DNA of 64,000 nt, from the NCBI GenBank assembly GCA_903813345.2, contig CAIIXF020000001.1, forward strand, positions 2,418,001-2,482,000. The letters run 5' to 3'. Positions 1-13,249 of the stretch are shown in pieces. Both the position numbers and the translations under genes were made by a program. The DNA comes from Owenia fusiformis (taxonomy: Eukaryota). Within the stretch, counting starts at the first letter, position 1. Every line of letters begins with the position of its first letter. The notes below the pieces were generated by a model that ran no database searches, was not told the origin of the DNA, and saw only the letters and a list, made by a program, of their open reading frames with translations.

Positions 1-366
1 GCTCCGACCGAGCTCCGGCCGATGTGGGACAGAGCATCGGCCAGTCACTGTTCAAAGCCCGTTAACAACCCGGCCGGCGATCGCACGGTGTCCTGTTACC
101 TGCTCGGGTACCGGCCGTATTCCTTCCGATGTCCGGCCGACCTCCGGCCGGTAGTTGCTGCCACATCGGCAGAAAAAAACTACCATTTTGAGACAGACTC
201 CGTACGGTCACCAGCCGGTGTTCGGTCGGTCGCCTGAAGATGTCCGGACGGAGTCCGTTCACGTCACCGAGCTCTGCTTCCGATGAGGAGAGCTCGGTGG
301 CACCAAAAAAATCCACCGAGCTCTACCGATGCCGGACATCGGCCGGGCTATGTGACTAGGCCATTA
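1..366. mobile_element. Partial GC-rich non-autonomous DNA transposon (PIF/Harbinger-like end) in an NPC1 intron
   Basis: GC-rich island ending tgtgactaggcca-tta, similar to the terminus of the MITE at 3665-3810 (tgtgacccaggca-tta). The left end lies outside the window. Confidence 0.5.
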
Positions 367-382
367 ATCTTCACTTTTCCAG

Positions 383-3300
383 AGGCCATGCAGCCTACGG
401 GACTGCCGTAGACCTGAAAACAAATGACACCCAAATAAACAGCACAAATTCAAGTACAACTTCCATAGGAGCAACATATTTCATGACCTACCACAGTATA
501 CTGAAAAACTCAACAGACTATATAGAGGCATTGAAATATGCTAGGAAGATCTCAGATAACATAACAGCTAGTATATTAGCTGAAAGACACAACAATATTC
601 CTCCAGGGGAACCAGGCCATTATTCTAATATGAGTGTTACTGATAAAACATACAAGGTGTTTCCTTACAGGTGAGTACTTACTTTCTTACAATATACAGA
701 GTGGGCCAAAAATAACCACCCAAGAAAAACTTAGGGACTCAATTGTTTGTAGCTAATATTTAAGTAATATAGACAGAAGAGCCGGGGTGATATTGTCAAA
801 TACACCCCGCAGGCAGGGCTAGTCACAAACGTTTTCTGTACCCTAATGACCGAAGGGAGTGAGGTGTTCGAAAACTTTTGTGCCTAGCCCTAAGGGGTGT
901 ATTCGACAATATTACCCCTGATCTTAGGTCTATATTACGATTCGAACATGAAAACTCACCAAAATGTTTCGAATATTCATTATGGTTCCCAACTTCGACG
1001 ACCCGCTGTTATGACGTCACACATTACACGTATTACCAGGGGTATTCTTCGCGAATATACCCTGGGTGAAATGTTGACTTTGTTTACAGTTTATAGAAGG
1101 CGTGAATACAGTCATGTTCGAATGTTGTTTATATCATATCCCTGTCAGAATGCTCTTATTTGGTGCTTTGCTTAATGATCTTCAGAACTTTTTCGCTTGT
1201 AATTTCATGGGAGTTGAATAAGAGGGTCTACAAATGGGTTGGAACTGATTCCAACTGAGTTTCCTCTTGATTTGCTCTCATTTTAACATGATAAATAACC
1301 CAAATGTTCACAAAATAAATTAGTAACAGTCATGTTTTATAATGTGATATATTTAAATAATTTTTGTATTTTATTTCCAGTATCTTCTATGTATTCTATG
1401 AGCAGTACCTTACCATTGTACATGAGACCATAATCAACTTGAGTACATGTATTGGCTCCATCTTTGCCATCTCATTCATCTGCCTGGGCTTAGATAGGTA
1501 TTCAGCAATAATCATCACCTTTGTGATTGGTATGATACTGTTGTCTATGTTTGGCTTGATGTTCCTGTGGAATATCTCTCTGAATGCGATATCACTCGTC
1601 AACTTGGTCATGGTGAGTTGATGATGTTTATTTGTTAAACATTATATTAGAAATAGGATGTTATTCTTATATCGAAATTGATTTGAAAGCAGATTATTTA
1701 AAGTGGAATAAAGTTACTTGAAGATACGAAGTGTGATTTACAGAATTAAATCCTTTGCAAAGGGCTGTGCAAAAGTCAGTCCATCCCAGTGAACAGATAG
1801 TACTACAAATATCAAATATTGATGTTAGGACATAGGGTTTTCAAAGATATTGTAACAGTCTATATTATATTATGTCAAAACTGTACCAGGAATGATTTTA
1901 TTTTTTCAAATGCTATATATCTGTTTTTTGCAGTGTGTTGGTATATCAGTCGAGTTCTGTTCACATATAGTTCGAGCATTTGCGATCAGTGTGCATGAAA
2001 CACGAGTGCTTAGAGCTAAACATTCACTGGCTCACATGGGAAGTTCAGTAAGTACTACCTGATTCTTCTGTTCAATTATCAAATCCTGGCAAAAAAATTT
2101 CAAATCTTTTGACATGTTATCAAAATATCCAAGAGAGAAAACCAGATCATAAATAAGAATTCTTAATGGTTGTTACAAAGGTCAAAGTAAGGGAGAATAA
2201 GAATTCTTAATGGTTGTTACAAAGGTCAAAGTAAGGGAACATGAAACATTTATTGAATTCATAACTATACAAAGTTTCTGTTAAAACCGATATTTTTTTC
2301 AGGTGCTAAGTGGTATTACATTAACTAAACTAGGTGGTATAATTGTGCTTGGGTTCGCACATAGTCAACTCTTCAAAGTGTTTTACTTCCGAATGTACTT
2401 AGGAATTGTACTGTTTGGAGCTACGCATGGCCTTATATTCCTACCAGTATTATTAAGTTTCATAGGTGAGTTTTATAAATTATAATGTTATTGTTTTCCA
2501 GTTTGGCTTTCATAACGTGTATTTCAGTAATAGTAAGTGTACATTTGAATTAAAACTATTTCCCATAAGATTTACAATATGATAACAATATGTCTTTATC
2601 ACTATTATGTACATATATTTATATGATTTTAATAAATAAAAAAAAGATTGTGACATGAATTTCATGCTTTTGGGAGTAAAAGTAAAGTTTCTGTGATAGC
2701 AAACTAAACAACATTTGTCCATGTAGCTTCTAATTGCTTATAAGGTGCTAAGAACAGGCGTTGAGTACATGTGTTTGGTGATTGTACAAATGTACATAAC
2801 ATAACACATGGTACTGTCTGGATGTCTTTGAATATAGAATCAAAAACTTAATATCTGTAAATCTGTGTCCTCGATATGCTCCTAGTTGCTTCAGTTATTT
2901 TACTATTCTTTGTAGTGACACTAAATGATGTAATAATAGGCATAGCTAATTATGAGTGAACTGCCTCTCAAGCATATTTAGACTAAAACTGAAAATTATA
3001 TCCCACAGATCTATGATATTCTCTACTTTGACATTCATTTTGTCTTTTCTATTATTAAATTTTGCCTCACCTATTTTAGTTCTTTTGGTCGTTGGATACT
3101 GACTGACTGCGCTCTTGAACTGACTGCGCTCTTGAACTGACTGCGCTCTTGAACTGACTGCGCTCTTGAACTGACTGCGCTCTTGAACTGACTGCGCTCT
3201 TGAACTGACTGCGCTCTTGAACTGACTGCGCTCTTGAACTGACTGCGCTCTTGAACTGACTGCGCTCTTGAACTGACTGCGCTCTTGAACTGACTGCGCT

Positions 3301-4646
3301 CTTGAACTGACTGCGCTCTTGAACTGACTGCGCTCTTGAACTGACTGCGCTCTTGAACTGACTGCACTCTTGAACTGACTGCGCTCTTGAACTGACTACA
3401 CTCTTGAACTGACTGCGCTCTCGAATTGACTACGCTCTTGAACTGACTACACTCTTGAACTGACTGCGCTCTTGAACTGACTACATTCTTGAACTGACTG
3501 CGCTCTTGAACTGACTACACTCTTGAACTGACTAAGCTCCTGCTAAATGGATGCATGAACAATCGATGACCATGCTCTGACTGTGCATTATTTAGTTTTT
3601 CATCAATGTTCATTCTATTATGGAAATATGTTTGTTAAATGTTAGCCTTTAATATGCTGTTTGCTAATGCCTTGGTCACATTTGCTTCGATTTTCACTAC
3701 GGCGCCCAGCTGATTGAGTATTTTGTTCAAAATTGAATACAATATTGAGCAAAACACTCAATCAGCCAGGTGCCGGCCGATGGATCGGAGCAAATGTGAC
3801 CCAGGCATTAATGGGAGCCTTTATTATGTTGCAGGTCCTCCTATAAATAAAGCCAGATTGTATCAAGCCCAAAATAAATATTCCAGGCTAGAGTATGTCA
3901 TATATCGAGTTAACATCTGAATATCTGCATTTTTGTTTTCTGCTTAGTTCTGCATACCTTATATAACATGTATAATGTTGTGTTTGGATTTATGCACCAA
4001 ATGATGCTTTTAGGCACCAAATGCTGTTTTTCTCTTACTTGAACATTTGCCTTGATCTGTGACAAGTGGACTGTTTTGTAATTATCATTCAATTTTAATA
4101 TTAACTTTTACATTAATATTTATTCTTTGGTCACTTGGTAACTACTAATTGATACTAATTCAATGAGCCTGATAAAGGCAATGATGGGTATTACTAATTC
4201 TTTAATTAATAATGATGGGCATACATACATGTATTATTCTTTCCCTAATGTAGTGCAACTTTCTCCAGCATAAACCTGCAAGCTTTTCGACATCACATTC
4301 TCTGACTTGAACCTTCCATGTTAACATATTTATCTTCTGATCTGAATAAACGGTATGAATTATAGTTTAATACTAGTGTGTAGAAATCAAATGACTTTAA
4401 AAGAGATATGCGATTTTAAACAAAAACATAGGCTACAATAACATTAATATACGCTCTTCATATCAGAGCATATTTAATAATGCATTTTCTTTTCCACTTG
4501 CAGGGCCTCCGATTAACAAAGCAAGGCTATTTGAGGCTTATCAGAAAAATTCCAACAAACATAGAGTGTCGTCAACAGAAGAAAGAGAAGCCTTACTCAA
4601 GAGTGCTATCAACAGTGATAGTGCAAAAAGATATGAGGCTATATGA
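383..4646 (+). CDS. NPC1: NPC1 (Niemann-Pick C1 lysosomal cholesterol transporter), 3' part. Exons 383-670, 1381-1612, 1934-2047, 2303-2465, terminal exon B 4504-4646 (alternative terminal exon A 3835-3920)
   Basis: Spliced translation GHAAYGTAV...[12 protein letters not shown]...[17 protein letters not shown]...[29 protein letters not shown]...[67 protein letters not shown] matches the NPC1 C-terminus. All introns are GT-AG with consistent phases. The tail has the dileucine motif EREALL. A likely polyA signal AATAAA at 7567-7572 is followed by a GT-rich tract. Confidence 0.96.
3103..3537. repeat. 17-bp minisatellite (TGACTGCGCTCTTGAAC) x about 25
   Basis: Perfect tandem copies that degenerate toward the 3' end. 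It explains the spurious 17-aa-periodic ORF at 3071-3367. Confidence 0.97.
3665..3810. mobile_element. Palindromic MITE, PIF/Harbinger-like (TAA/TTA ends)
   Basis: taatgccttggtcacatttgc ... gcaaatgtgacccaggcatta; the interior is also self-complementary (ctgattgagt...actcaatcag). Confidence 0.75.
3835..3920 (+). CDS. NPC1: NPC1 alternative terminal exon A ([28 protein letters not shown])
   Basis: Acceptor ttgcag at 3829-3834, in the phase that matches the donor after 2465. It encodes the same GPPINKARL start as exon B, using different synonymous codons. AATAAA at 4345-4350 lies between exons A and B. Confidence 0.75.
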
Positions 4647-5479
4647 GAAAATATTGAAACTAGAAAATCAAAAAACAGACTCTTATGTGCAAGGACTGGT
4701 TCAACTTCACTTGTGAAATTTAAGAGCTGATGACCAAACTTTCATCAGGGACTGAAAACTGAAATTAAAACTTCATATTGGGTAAGATATAACTCAGATG
4801 TTTCACTGATCTGAAATGGAATCAATGAAATGGACAAATGCTGGAAGTGATATTCCCAGATTGATTTGTATCATGCCGAAGGGATTGTGTAATACTAGCT
4901 ATGACAAACATTGGTCAGGGATCAAGTGAAGATCATTTCATGATTTACGGGCAACAGTTCTGTAAACAGGGATGAGTGCACTCACCACAATGAAGTGTAC
5001 AATACTAGAGAACAATTTCAGTACTACAAACCATGGTACAATACTAAAGTACAATATCATTGTTCTAATAATGGTAGACTACAGTGCCAGAGAACAATAC
5101 CTCTGTACTAACTACACTGTAGAGTGTAGACTACAATACAAGAGTACAATATTAGAGCACAATACTTGGGTACAATACCAATATCATGTTGGCCTAACAG
5201 CATTGATAATCAAAATGTTTTCAAGTTACAGGAATGGATATGTATCAAAAGTTTTATGACAATTGAAGTAGTAGACGTATAGGGAATGTTGAGAAATATC
5301 TCTCAACCACCTGCTGTAATGTGGTATTTGTACTCCCCATCTTGGCTGTCCACTCCAAAGGAATACTGTTATATTCTGAAGAAAGAATTCAACATTCTTA
5401 GATATTTCATATTAACCTTTTTGTTAATACAATACACAAATATCTTGATCAAAAGCTGTTTTTATTAGTATACTTAAGG

Positions 5480-5648
5480 AATAAAAACCGAGATTTTATG
5501 ATTTATGGCGTAATATATAACCGAAAATTTAATTCTGTTCATTGTTAAAAGACCGAAATCGCGTAGCGATTGAGGTCTTTGGCAATGGCCAGAGTAAAGT
5601 TTGAGGTCATATATTTGATGTAAATCATAAAATCGAGGTCTTTGTTAC
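5480..5648. repeat. Imperfect hairpin element in the NPC1 3' UTR
   Basis: gattttatgattta...aaagaccgaaatcgc-gta-gcgattgaggtcttt...taaatcataaaatc. Confidence 0.7.
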
Positions 5649-7635
5649 GATTCTAATATGATAAACTGTGAAGAAACAAAACTATTTGCATTAATGAATT
5701 TTAGTGGTCATACATACTCCAATACTGACCAGTAAATCAATTGTTCTAGCTATTGTGACGTCACGTGTCATATTAGAATCATATAGAATGCCAAAGATTT
5801 TGTTATTCTTCAAACATTAAATTGTCTGATTATGTTATTGACTCTCTATAAAAGATGATTAATATATTATTAATATATAATATACAATTTACGATGTGGT
5901 CAATGGGAAAGAGGTAAATTGCTTCATAATGGAATTATGCAAACTCCTAGCTCAGATATTAAAGAAATTAAGGCAATTGGACTAGAAGTATTGAGAGTTT
6001 TGCATTCAATGCAATGCGATGATCATAACCTCAGAAGGAAAGCTGGAACGTGCCATGTGAGTCTCAGCCAACATGTTTACAATCATAAACTGATAGCTAT
6101 TAGGAGCATGGGCTTTCAAGAGTCTGTTGAAAGCCCATGTTAGGAGCCACCATTTGTTCTCAGATGATGATTATATAAACGATGTTGAACCACATGGCCA
6201 TTTTCTACATTCCTCAAAGACCATATTGATAAGTCTGAGATCCAAATGGTAGCTGTATAATTATGTACTTGTATATATAGGCCTGCTGTACCATTGATCA
6301 TTCTAATTAAAAGTTGTATTTATTGTGTTTTAAATGGCTGACTAGTAATATGTATATTCCATTGACTGTGTTGGAAATTTTATTGTTTTGGCACAATACA
6401 CAACAATCTCAGTAGCAGTTTGTTCAGTCATTGTACCTCCTTCATTCTCTCTTCAAGATGTTTAATTTATTTATAATTTTGACCATATTCATTTATGTCG
6501 TTCCTGACACTAAATGTCATTAAATCAAAGTTAAATCAAATGTTCAGATATGTGTCACAAATTGAGAGTAAGCGATTTCATCTCAAGTTCAAGTGAGTTG
6601 AATCATTTTCCAGTAAGACTGAGTTTCCTTGGGATAAATGTCCATAGAAAGAGGTATCTGAGAGAATGTACTGAACAAACTGCTATCCAGATATGAATGC
6701 ACAACTCAGGATTCCACTGTTGCTATTAGATTGACACTATTTATTTGAACAGTAACACTCTCAAGTTACTACACTTAGGTTTTACAAACCATTTTTCAGG
6801 CCTTGCAAAATACATATTATTAAAGGATGGGAAAATACTCTTTGAAGAAATCTTGATTTAAAATGTATTATTTAACTTTTAGTTTGTTTTTTTTTATAAA
6901 AAATGTAAATATTTAAAACCTTGAAAAAACAGGATTACAAAATGCTAAACATGTGAAATCTCCAGTAAGATACAGAGCTGTTAATTTTGTGTTAAGAGTG
7001 ACTATGATATGTTAAATATCCTTTTCACATGAACATTTATCATTTTTACATGTAAATCAAACTCAAATCAGAAAAGTATATATTCCTCTATGGAAAGCGA
7101 AGGGAGAATTCCAACTTAGTATTTCTCTTGTTCTATGAAATTGTACATGTAATTCAATTACTCATTGTACATGTGTATGTTATGCTCCCTAAGATATCAT
7201 TTATTCAAACTGTTTTAGTGATATTTTAATTTTGCTGTATTGTAAGGGGGTTGATTTTCACTATACCGATAAGGGGATACAAATATCTTGGTTAGCATAA
7301 TAATAAGCCACTTGTGATCCAACCAATCAATTCATAGGTCATTATATCTGAATATGCACCGAGTACCAAAACCAAGACTGTTATTCGCTTCATGTAGTCG
7401 ATGAGTGCTTGTATGCCATCTTAAATTCTATTAGAAGTATAAATTATATTTAGAAGCTGGTTATTGCCTGGGTCAATCACTGTTTATGTAAGCATCGTTT
7501 TCTTTACAAAAATGTAAATATGATTTCAATTTAGTATTTTTGTAACATATGAATTGTTTTAATAAGAATAAATGTGGATTGGAAAATTAATTCTGTGTGT
7601 GTGTTTTTAAGTCTACTAGAGGTCCTATATTTAGA

Positions 7636-8005
7636 GGTTATGTCACTATCGTGGCATATATGCCCGAGGTCTCAGTGATGGCCCGACCTTGGGAGGGACA
7701 TTGATCTCTGAGAACCGAGGGCATATGTGCCACGATAGTGACATAAGCGATTTATAACATACCTAATATGATGATGTAGACTGGTCAGAGAGTACCGTTT
7801 TTTATAGAATTGACAAACAAATGGTTTGAAAATGATTGAAATGAGTAAAGAAAAATTGCTCGCGCAGTTTTATCTTGGATTGATTGGTTATGACGTCAGC
7901 GCCTTGACCAATCAGAAAGTTAGCGGGCGCAGGCTTTTCACAACTTATATTGGCCCGCTGTCTTGTGTTCACTTTACACTATACATCATCATAGGTATGT
8001 TATAA
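7636..8005. mobile_element. Interspersed element made of a hairpin plus an inner inverted repeat (related copy at 43231-43327)
   Basis: ttatgtcactatcgtggcatata...tatgtgccacgatagtgacataa hairpin, followed by ttataacatacct...aggtatgttataa arms. The same tatgtcacta...tagtgacata stem recurs near 43.2 kb. Confidence 0.6.
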
Positions 8006-8009
8006 TTAA

Positions 8010-10878
8010 ACATTTGGTATGTGAATTTGACAAATTGGTATGGGAACATAATGATATCAGCAGAAGGTTCAGCCTAAGACCCCCGCCAAATTTTGTACAC
8101 AGTGAACCCCCTGGGTGCGGATGTTCTAGACATCAGAGACAACAGAGCTCTCGTAGAATTGGAAGGGTTTCCCAACCAGTACTCCTGGGAGGATTTGACT
8201 GCCAACTGGCGCAATTTTTTAAAGAAACAGGTAATTATAAAACATCAAAAAACACAATACTAAACACTAATACAAGAATCAATGTTATGTCAAATCACCC
8301 CCCCCCCATTCCTTAACTTATACTAATACCAGAACAAATGTTCACCCCTGTCCCCCCATCAGCTGACATATGTATTTATATGAAACATGAAAGTTCAACC
8401 CATGAATACTAGTATGAGACACAAGAAACGGTTCATCTGATTCTCCCAATGTAATGTACCTTTCATGCTGATGCTATGAAATATTCACTCCCCCCCCCCC
8501 TTAATAGGTTGTTCTAATAGCATTGGTGTTACACACAGTACGCCAGTGCGTACCAAATGAATTGGAAAAAAATCAAAAATGTGTTAAAAATGCATTAATT
8601 TGTTTGCACATTTATTGATTATTCTGTATTTGTAGATTCAACTATTAAGTTTTATCAGAAAAGAACTATTTAAAGTTGATAAAAACGCTCAAATTGCATC
8701 AAATAATGTCTTTACAAAGACATTTCCCGGGGAGCATACCCCTGGATGCCCCAAGATGTGTGGCCTTTGGCCACGCGATCCACACATCCACAACTGGGCG
8801 TACCAACTCAAAATGTAGCCCTACGCCCATGAATAGGGGAATTTAAGGCAAAGATCATTACTAATATGGTACAATTATAAACAAATTCAAGTATAAGCTG
8901 TATATTATTATGTCACCACCAAAAGTGGTGACATATTGTTATGGTCTCCGTTTTTTTATGTCACCACCAAAAGTGGTGACATATTGTTATGGTCTCCGTT
9001 TTTTTTGCGACGGCGTCTGGCGGTTGGAGGTTGGCGTCCGGCGGTTGGCGTCCGGCGGTTGGCGTCCGGCGTCTGTAACAATTTCTTACAACTTCCTATA
9101 ACTTAACAAATACTGTTTAGACTGACTTCAATTTTTTTCTAAATCATCTACATGTTCTCAGAAGTTCAAATCTGACTTTAGATTTGACATTTGACCTTCA
9201 ATGACCTTCTCAAGGTCAAAAAGGTCTTTTTTCAACTTGCTTCACATTGACAATTTTTTTTTTCAAAATCATCTACATGTTCTCAGAAATTCAAATCTGA
9301 CTTTAGATTTGACTTTAGATTTGACCTTCACATCTGACTTTAGATTTGACATTTGACCTTCAATGACCTTCTCAAGGTCAAAAAAGGTCAAAAAGGTCTA
9401 TTTTCAACTTGCTTCAAATTGACTAAATTTTGTTTTCAAAATCATCTACGTGTTCTCAGAAATTCAAATCTGACTTAAGATTTGACATTTGACCTTCAAT
9501 GACCTTCTCAAGGTCAAAAAAGGTCAAAAAGGTATTTTTTCATCTTGCTTCCAATTGAAAAAAAAATTTTTTCAAAATCATCTACATGTTCTCAGAAATT
9601 CAAATCTGACTTTAGATTTGACATTTGACCTTCAATGACTTTCTCAATGTCAAAAAAGGTCAAAAAGGTATTTTTTCATCTTGCTTCAAATTGACTAAAT
9701 TTTTTTTTCAAAATCATCTACATGTTCTCAGAAATTCAAATATGACTTTAGATTTGACTTTAGATTTGACATTTGACCTTCAATGACCTTCTCAAGGTCA
9801 AAAAAGGTCAAAAAGGTCTTTTTTCAACTTGCTTCAAATTGACTATTTTTTTTTCAAAATCATCTACATGTTCTCAGAAATTCAAATCTGACTTTAGATT
9901 TGACATTTGACCTTTAATGACCTTCTCAAGGTCAAAAAGGTCTGTTTTCAACTTGCTTCAAATTGACCAATTTTTTTTTTCAAAATCATCTACATCTTTT
10001 CAGCAGTTCAAATTTGACTTTACAAGTTCTCAGAAGTTCAAATCTGACTTTAGATTTGACCTTTGACCTTCAATGATCTTCTCAAGGTCAAAAAGGTCTT
10101 TTTTTAACTTGCTTCAGATTGAACAATTTCTTTTTTCAAAATCATCTACAAGATCCCAGAAGTTCAAATCTTCAAAAACCTTCTTAAGGTCAAAAGGTAT
10201 TTTCCAACTTGCTTTAAATTGACCAAATTGTTTTAGGTGGTGACATTTTGTCATGTTAATGCCTTGTTCATCCAATGTAAATGCATTATTTTATTATTTA
10301 CAAGTCGTTGACACATATATACTTTCAATCTTATACATTCAGTCTGTCCATGATAAAGTATTTTAATGCAAATAAACATATAGCAGTTATGTATATATAT
10401 ATATTGCAGGAACATTCCTACAGCTCAACATGGGCAACAAAAGAACTGAGACAGAAGTCCAGCAACACCAGAGCATTGCCTCAAGATATATACAGGGTGG
10501 ACCACCCTGTACATATATAATTGGGATATTCGAGAGGGTTGAATATGACAACACATTGTGCCTCAGGTATTGTTCATATAGTATTCGTATGACTTAAACA
10601 TGTTATATGTATGTAAAACATGAAGGTCAGGATGCAAGAAGTATCAGAATATACTAGCCTAAGGATAACATTAAATAATCAGTCAATTATGAAAATAACC
10701 TTTCATGAATGAGTGAACTATCTCATAATGTACAATATTTAGTTTTTTATTTTCCAGATGCAATCATAATGGTCAAGGAGAGACCATGGCAATGCAATCC
10801 GGTAGGGGAGCTCCTCGTGCCTGGACCCACTCACATTTCCTTGACATTTGCTTTGACAAGAGGAAAGAACTGGAGTAA
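8010..10878 (+). pseudogene. Remnants of a spliced ORF with a chromodomain-like segment. Tentative exons about 8010-8230, 10410-10567, 10759-10878
   Basis: The frame starting at 8102 reads VNPLGADVLDIRDNRALVELEGFPNQYSWEDLTANWRNFLKKQ up to a CAG|gtaatt donor (phase 0). The acceptor ttgcag|10410 continues in phase 0 as EHSYSSTWATKELRQK. A further donor follows 10567 and an acceptor precedes 10759. The ORF is broken by a stop or frameshift and by a collapsed Tc1-type TIR footprint (tacagggtggaccaccctgta, about 10491-10511). Confidence 0.35.
8905..10268 (+). mobile_element. DINE-1/HINE-like (Helentron-associated) element with an internal tandem array of about 120-bp units
   Basis: Subterminal inverted repeats atgtcaccacc ... 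ggtggtgacat, a duplicated 48-bp head, a GGCGTCC-type microsatellite at 9010-9075, about 8 tandem units (aatctgactttagatttgacatttgaccttcaatgaccttctcaaggtcaaaa...), and a 3' end ending cttgtt. Confidence 0.7.
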
Positions 10879-13249
10879 GTTTGACCTTTAGCTACCAATA
10901 ATATTGAGGGAGATGAGTACTAGTGTTTCTATGGTCCTCTTTTCTATAGAATATTCCACTTTCACTTTGTCTTATACTTCCATTTCCTGTTCCTCAGGGT
11001 ACACAAAGTTTAATCTCTCTTGCATTGATCTATTAAATGCATCAAGTCCATCTTCTGTGTAGTTGTTAGCTCTCTTTTGTCTCTCAACTTTGTATAATTT
11101 CCCTGGCAATTGATGATTTTCCCATTGCATAATCTGGAATCAGGTCAAAACAACATTTTAAGAACAAGATTTTTTATACAAGAATACATCTGTATAATGG
11201 TTAAGACATTTGGCAAAAATCTTAGTTTGCATTACATGAAACACTTATGCAGCTTAGAGTTTAATTTGAAGGTTTAAGAGTTTAATTTGTTTAATATGTA
11301 GGTCGTACATACAATTTCAAACTGGTAATTTCTTGCTTTTACCAGGAATATAATAATGATTAAAGTTTTCTGTTCATAATTTTTCATTTCAGGTGAATGT
11401 TAATACTTGAAATCAGTACCTGCGAGGAAACCTTGCTATTCACCCCATCCCTTCTGGTGCTGCTCTGGTAAAGCTTATGATGGACATGGTTCTTCTGTTC
11501 AAGACAGTGTGTTCCAAGGCAGTGAATATTTCCATATCTCTGCAGGAAGTATGGAATGTGGTAAACTAGACCTGTAATATATAGATCCAGAAAGGATATT
11601 GTACAATACATCATAACAAATTGAATATATACAAGAAACAAAAAGTGAACACAGATTGTTTAAAGTGTGCGCCAAAGTTTAAAACTGCGCAGGCGCACCG
11701 CTCTCGCTAAACTATATAAAGAGATTACCACGGTACACGATTCAGAGGTAAGCCAGGAAGGCGAACGATCTTCGTCTCGTGATGATTTCCCATATAATCG
11801 TAACCAGGGAAGTTTCACCATTGAAATTGAAAATTACTATTAGATATACATTGTAGATGTTATTTATGAAGCTATTTAGTGTTTGCATCAATCAAATGGC
11901 TCATTTTAAACATATAAAAAGTATTTGTGTTTTGTTTCCCAGGGAATTGTATTGTACGTAGTACACACATAAATAGTGTACATTATACAGTACTTGAATA
12001 GCCTGGTTTACATAATATTGAAGGGCATGCTGATTACATGCACACGAGTACATGAATGAAGGCCTAATATTGATATACGTAGCTTGCATACCTAAATAAA
12101 AAATAAACTCTTCTAATCCCCTAATGTAAACACGGCGGTATACGTAGCCCGATTTATCGGGGACTTTAAGGATTGCATTGGATATCACACCAAATCAAAT
12201 GGATCACACATCATGTGTGAGTACATGTTAATGAAAATTTATATTCGTTTGAGCGAAGCGAATTAAGAATATAAATACTTTCTATATATGTGCAGTGAAG
12301 TGAAGAAAAGGCATGAATCATGATTTGGTAATGTAGCATGCTGTTCGAGTTGAGCAAAGATTTTTGTGTGTTAGGCCTTGTTTAGTGAGTGAGTTTTATG
12401 AATAGAGAAGTCATTCTGGGCTTGGTCGCCGAACAGTCAACTCCAAAAAATGTTAAGCAAAATTTTTTAAAAAGCTATTTCTGCATTCAAACAGAGTTGA
12501 TCTATGATTGGGTCTGATGGGTTGAGAGGTGGGGTTATACCTTTCCATAGGGCATCGACTTCAGTCGAATAGCATCTTTGGTTTTAATGGTGATCAACCA
12601 CCTTGATATCAATCAGGCAACAATTAAACGTTGCATACAACCTGTTTTACTAATTGTACAATATACCCGGCACAGTTTCTGCCATATGTACACGTATACT
12701 AGGATTTACAATGAGCAGGCCATGCAAACAGTCTTACAAAACGATATCTATTAAAAGTATTGTAAAGATCTTGTCACATGTACACATATACTAGTATTTA
12801 CAAATAAAGGGTAGCGACCACAAGCCAAAGCTAGATCTAAATTAAAGCTGTGTTGTGTTGTGTATCATGCCGTGTACGTAACGTAACGTACAGAATAGAA
12901 AACATATTTTATAAATTGAGGATTGATTGAGTGAATTGCCAACTAGACAATGTCTCAAATAGTCAGAAATCCAAAGGAATAGCCTGGATAGTTTCTTTAC
13001 TTGTATTTACACATGCACTTACATTCCAAAGTGTCTGGATGGTTTCAACGAACAGTCTAAAAGTCCCATTTGCCATATGTTGTTGCTGTCTTCCAAGTAT
13101 CTGAAGACATGAATGTGAATAAATGTAAAATTTACTAAATCAAATATATTTTAATATTTTTCTATTAGATAAGATATATGATAAATCATTAGGATATTTG
13201 TTAGGATATCCTTAAAAAGGGACTGAATAGATGTAAGGGGTTCATGGTA

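Noticed and set aside
22-316. GC-rich ORFs 22-237 and 62-316
   Set aside because: They lie within a transposon-like insert in an NPC1 intron and show no recognisable protein motif.
2152-2238. Direct duplication of about 44 bp in an NPC1 intron
   Set aside because: Simple local tandem duplication with no further structure.
3103-3537. CRISPR-like array, or coding ORF 3071-3367
   Set aside because: Contiguous 17-bp tandem units with no unique spacers, inside a eukaryotic intron; the ORF is an artefact of the repeat period.
8010-10878. RAG2-like gene
   Set aside because: No kelch-repeat or PHD signature is visible; kept only as an unidentified partner ORF.
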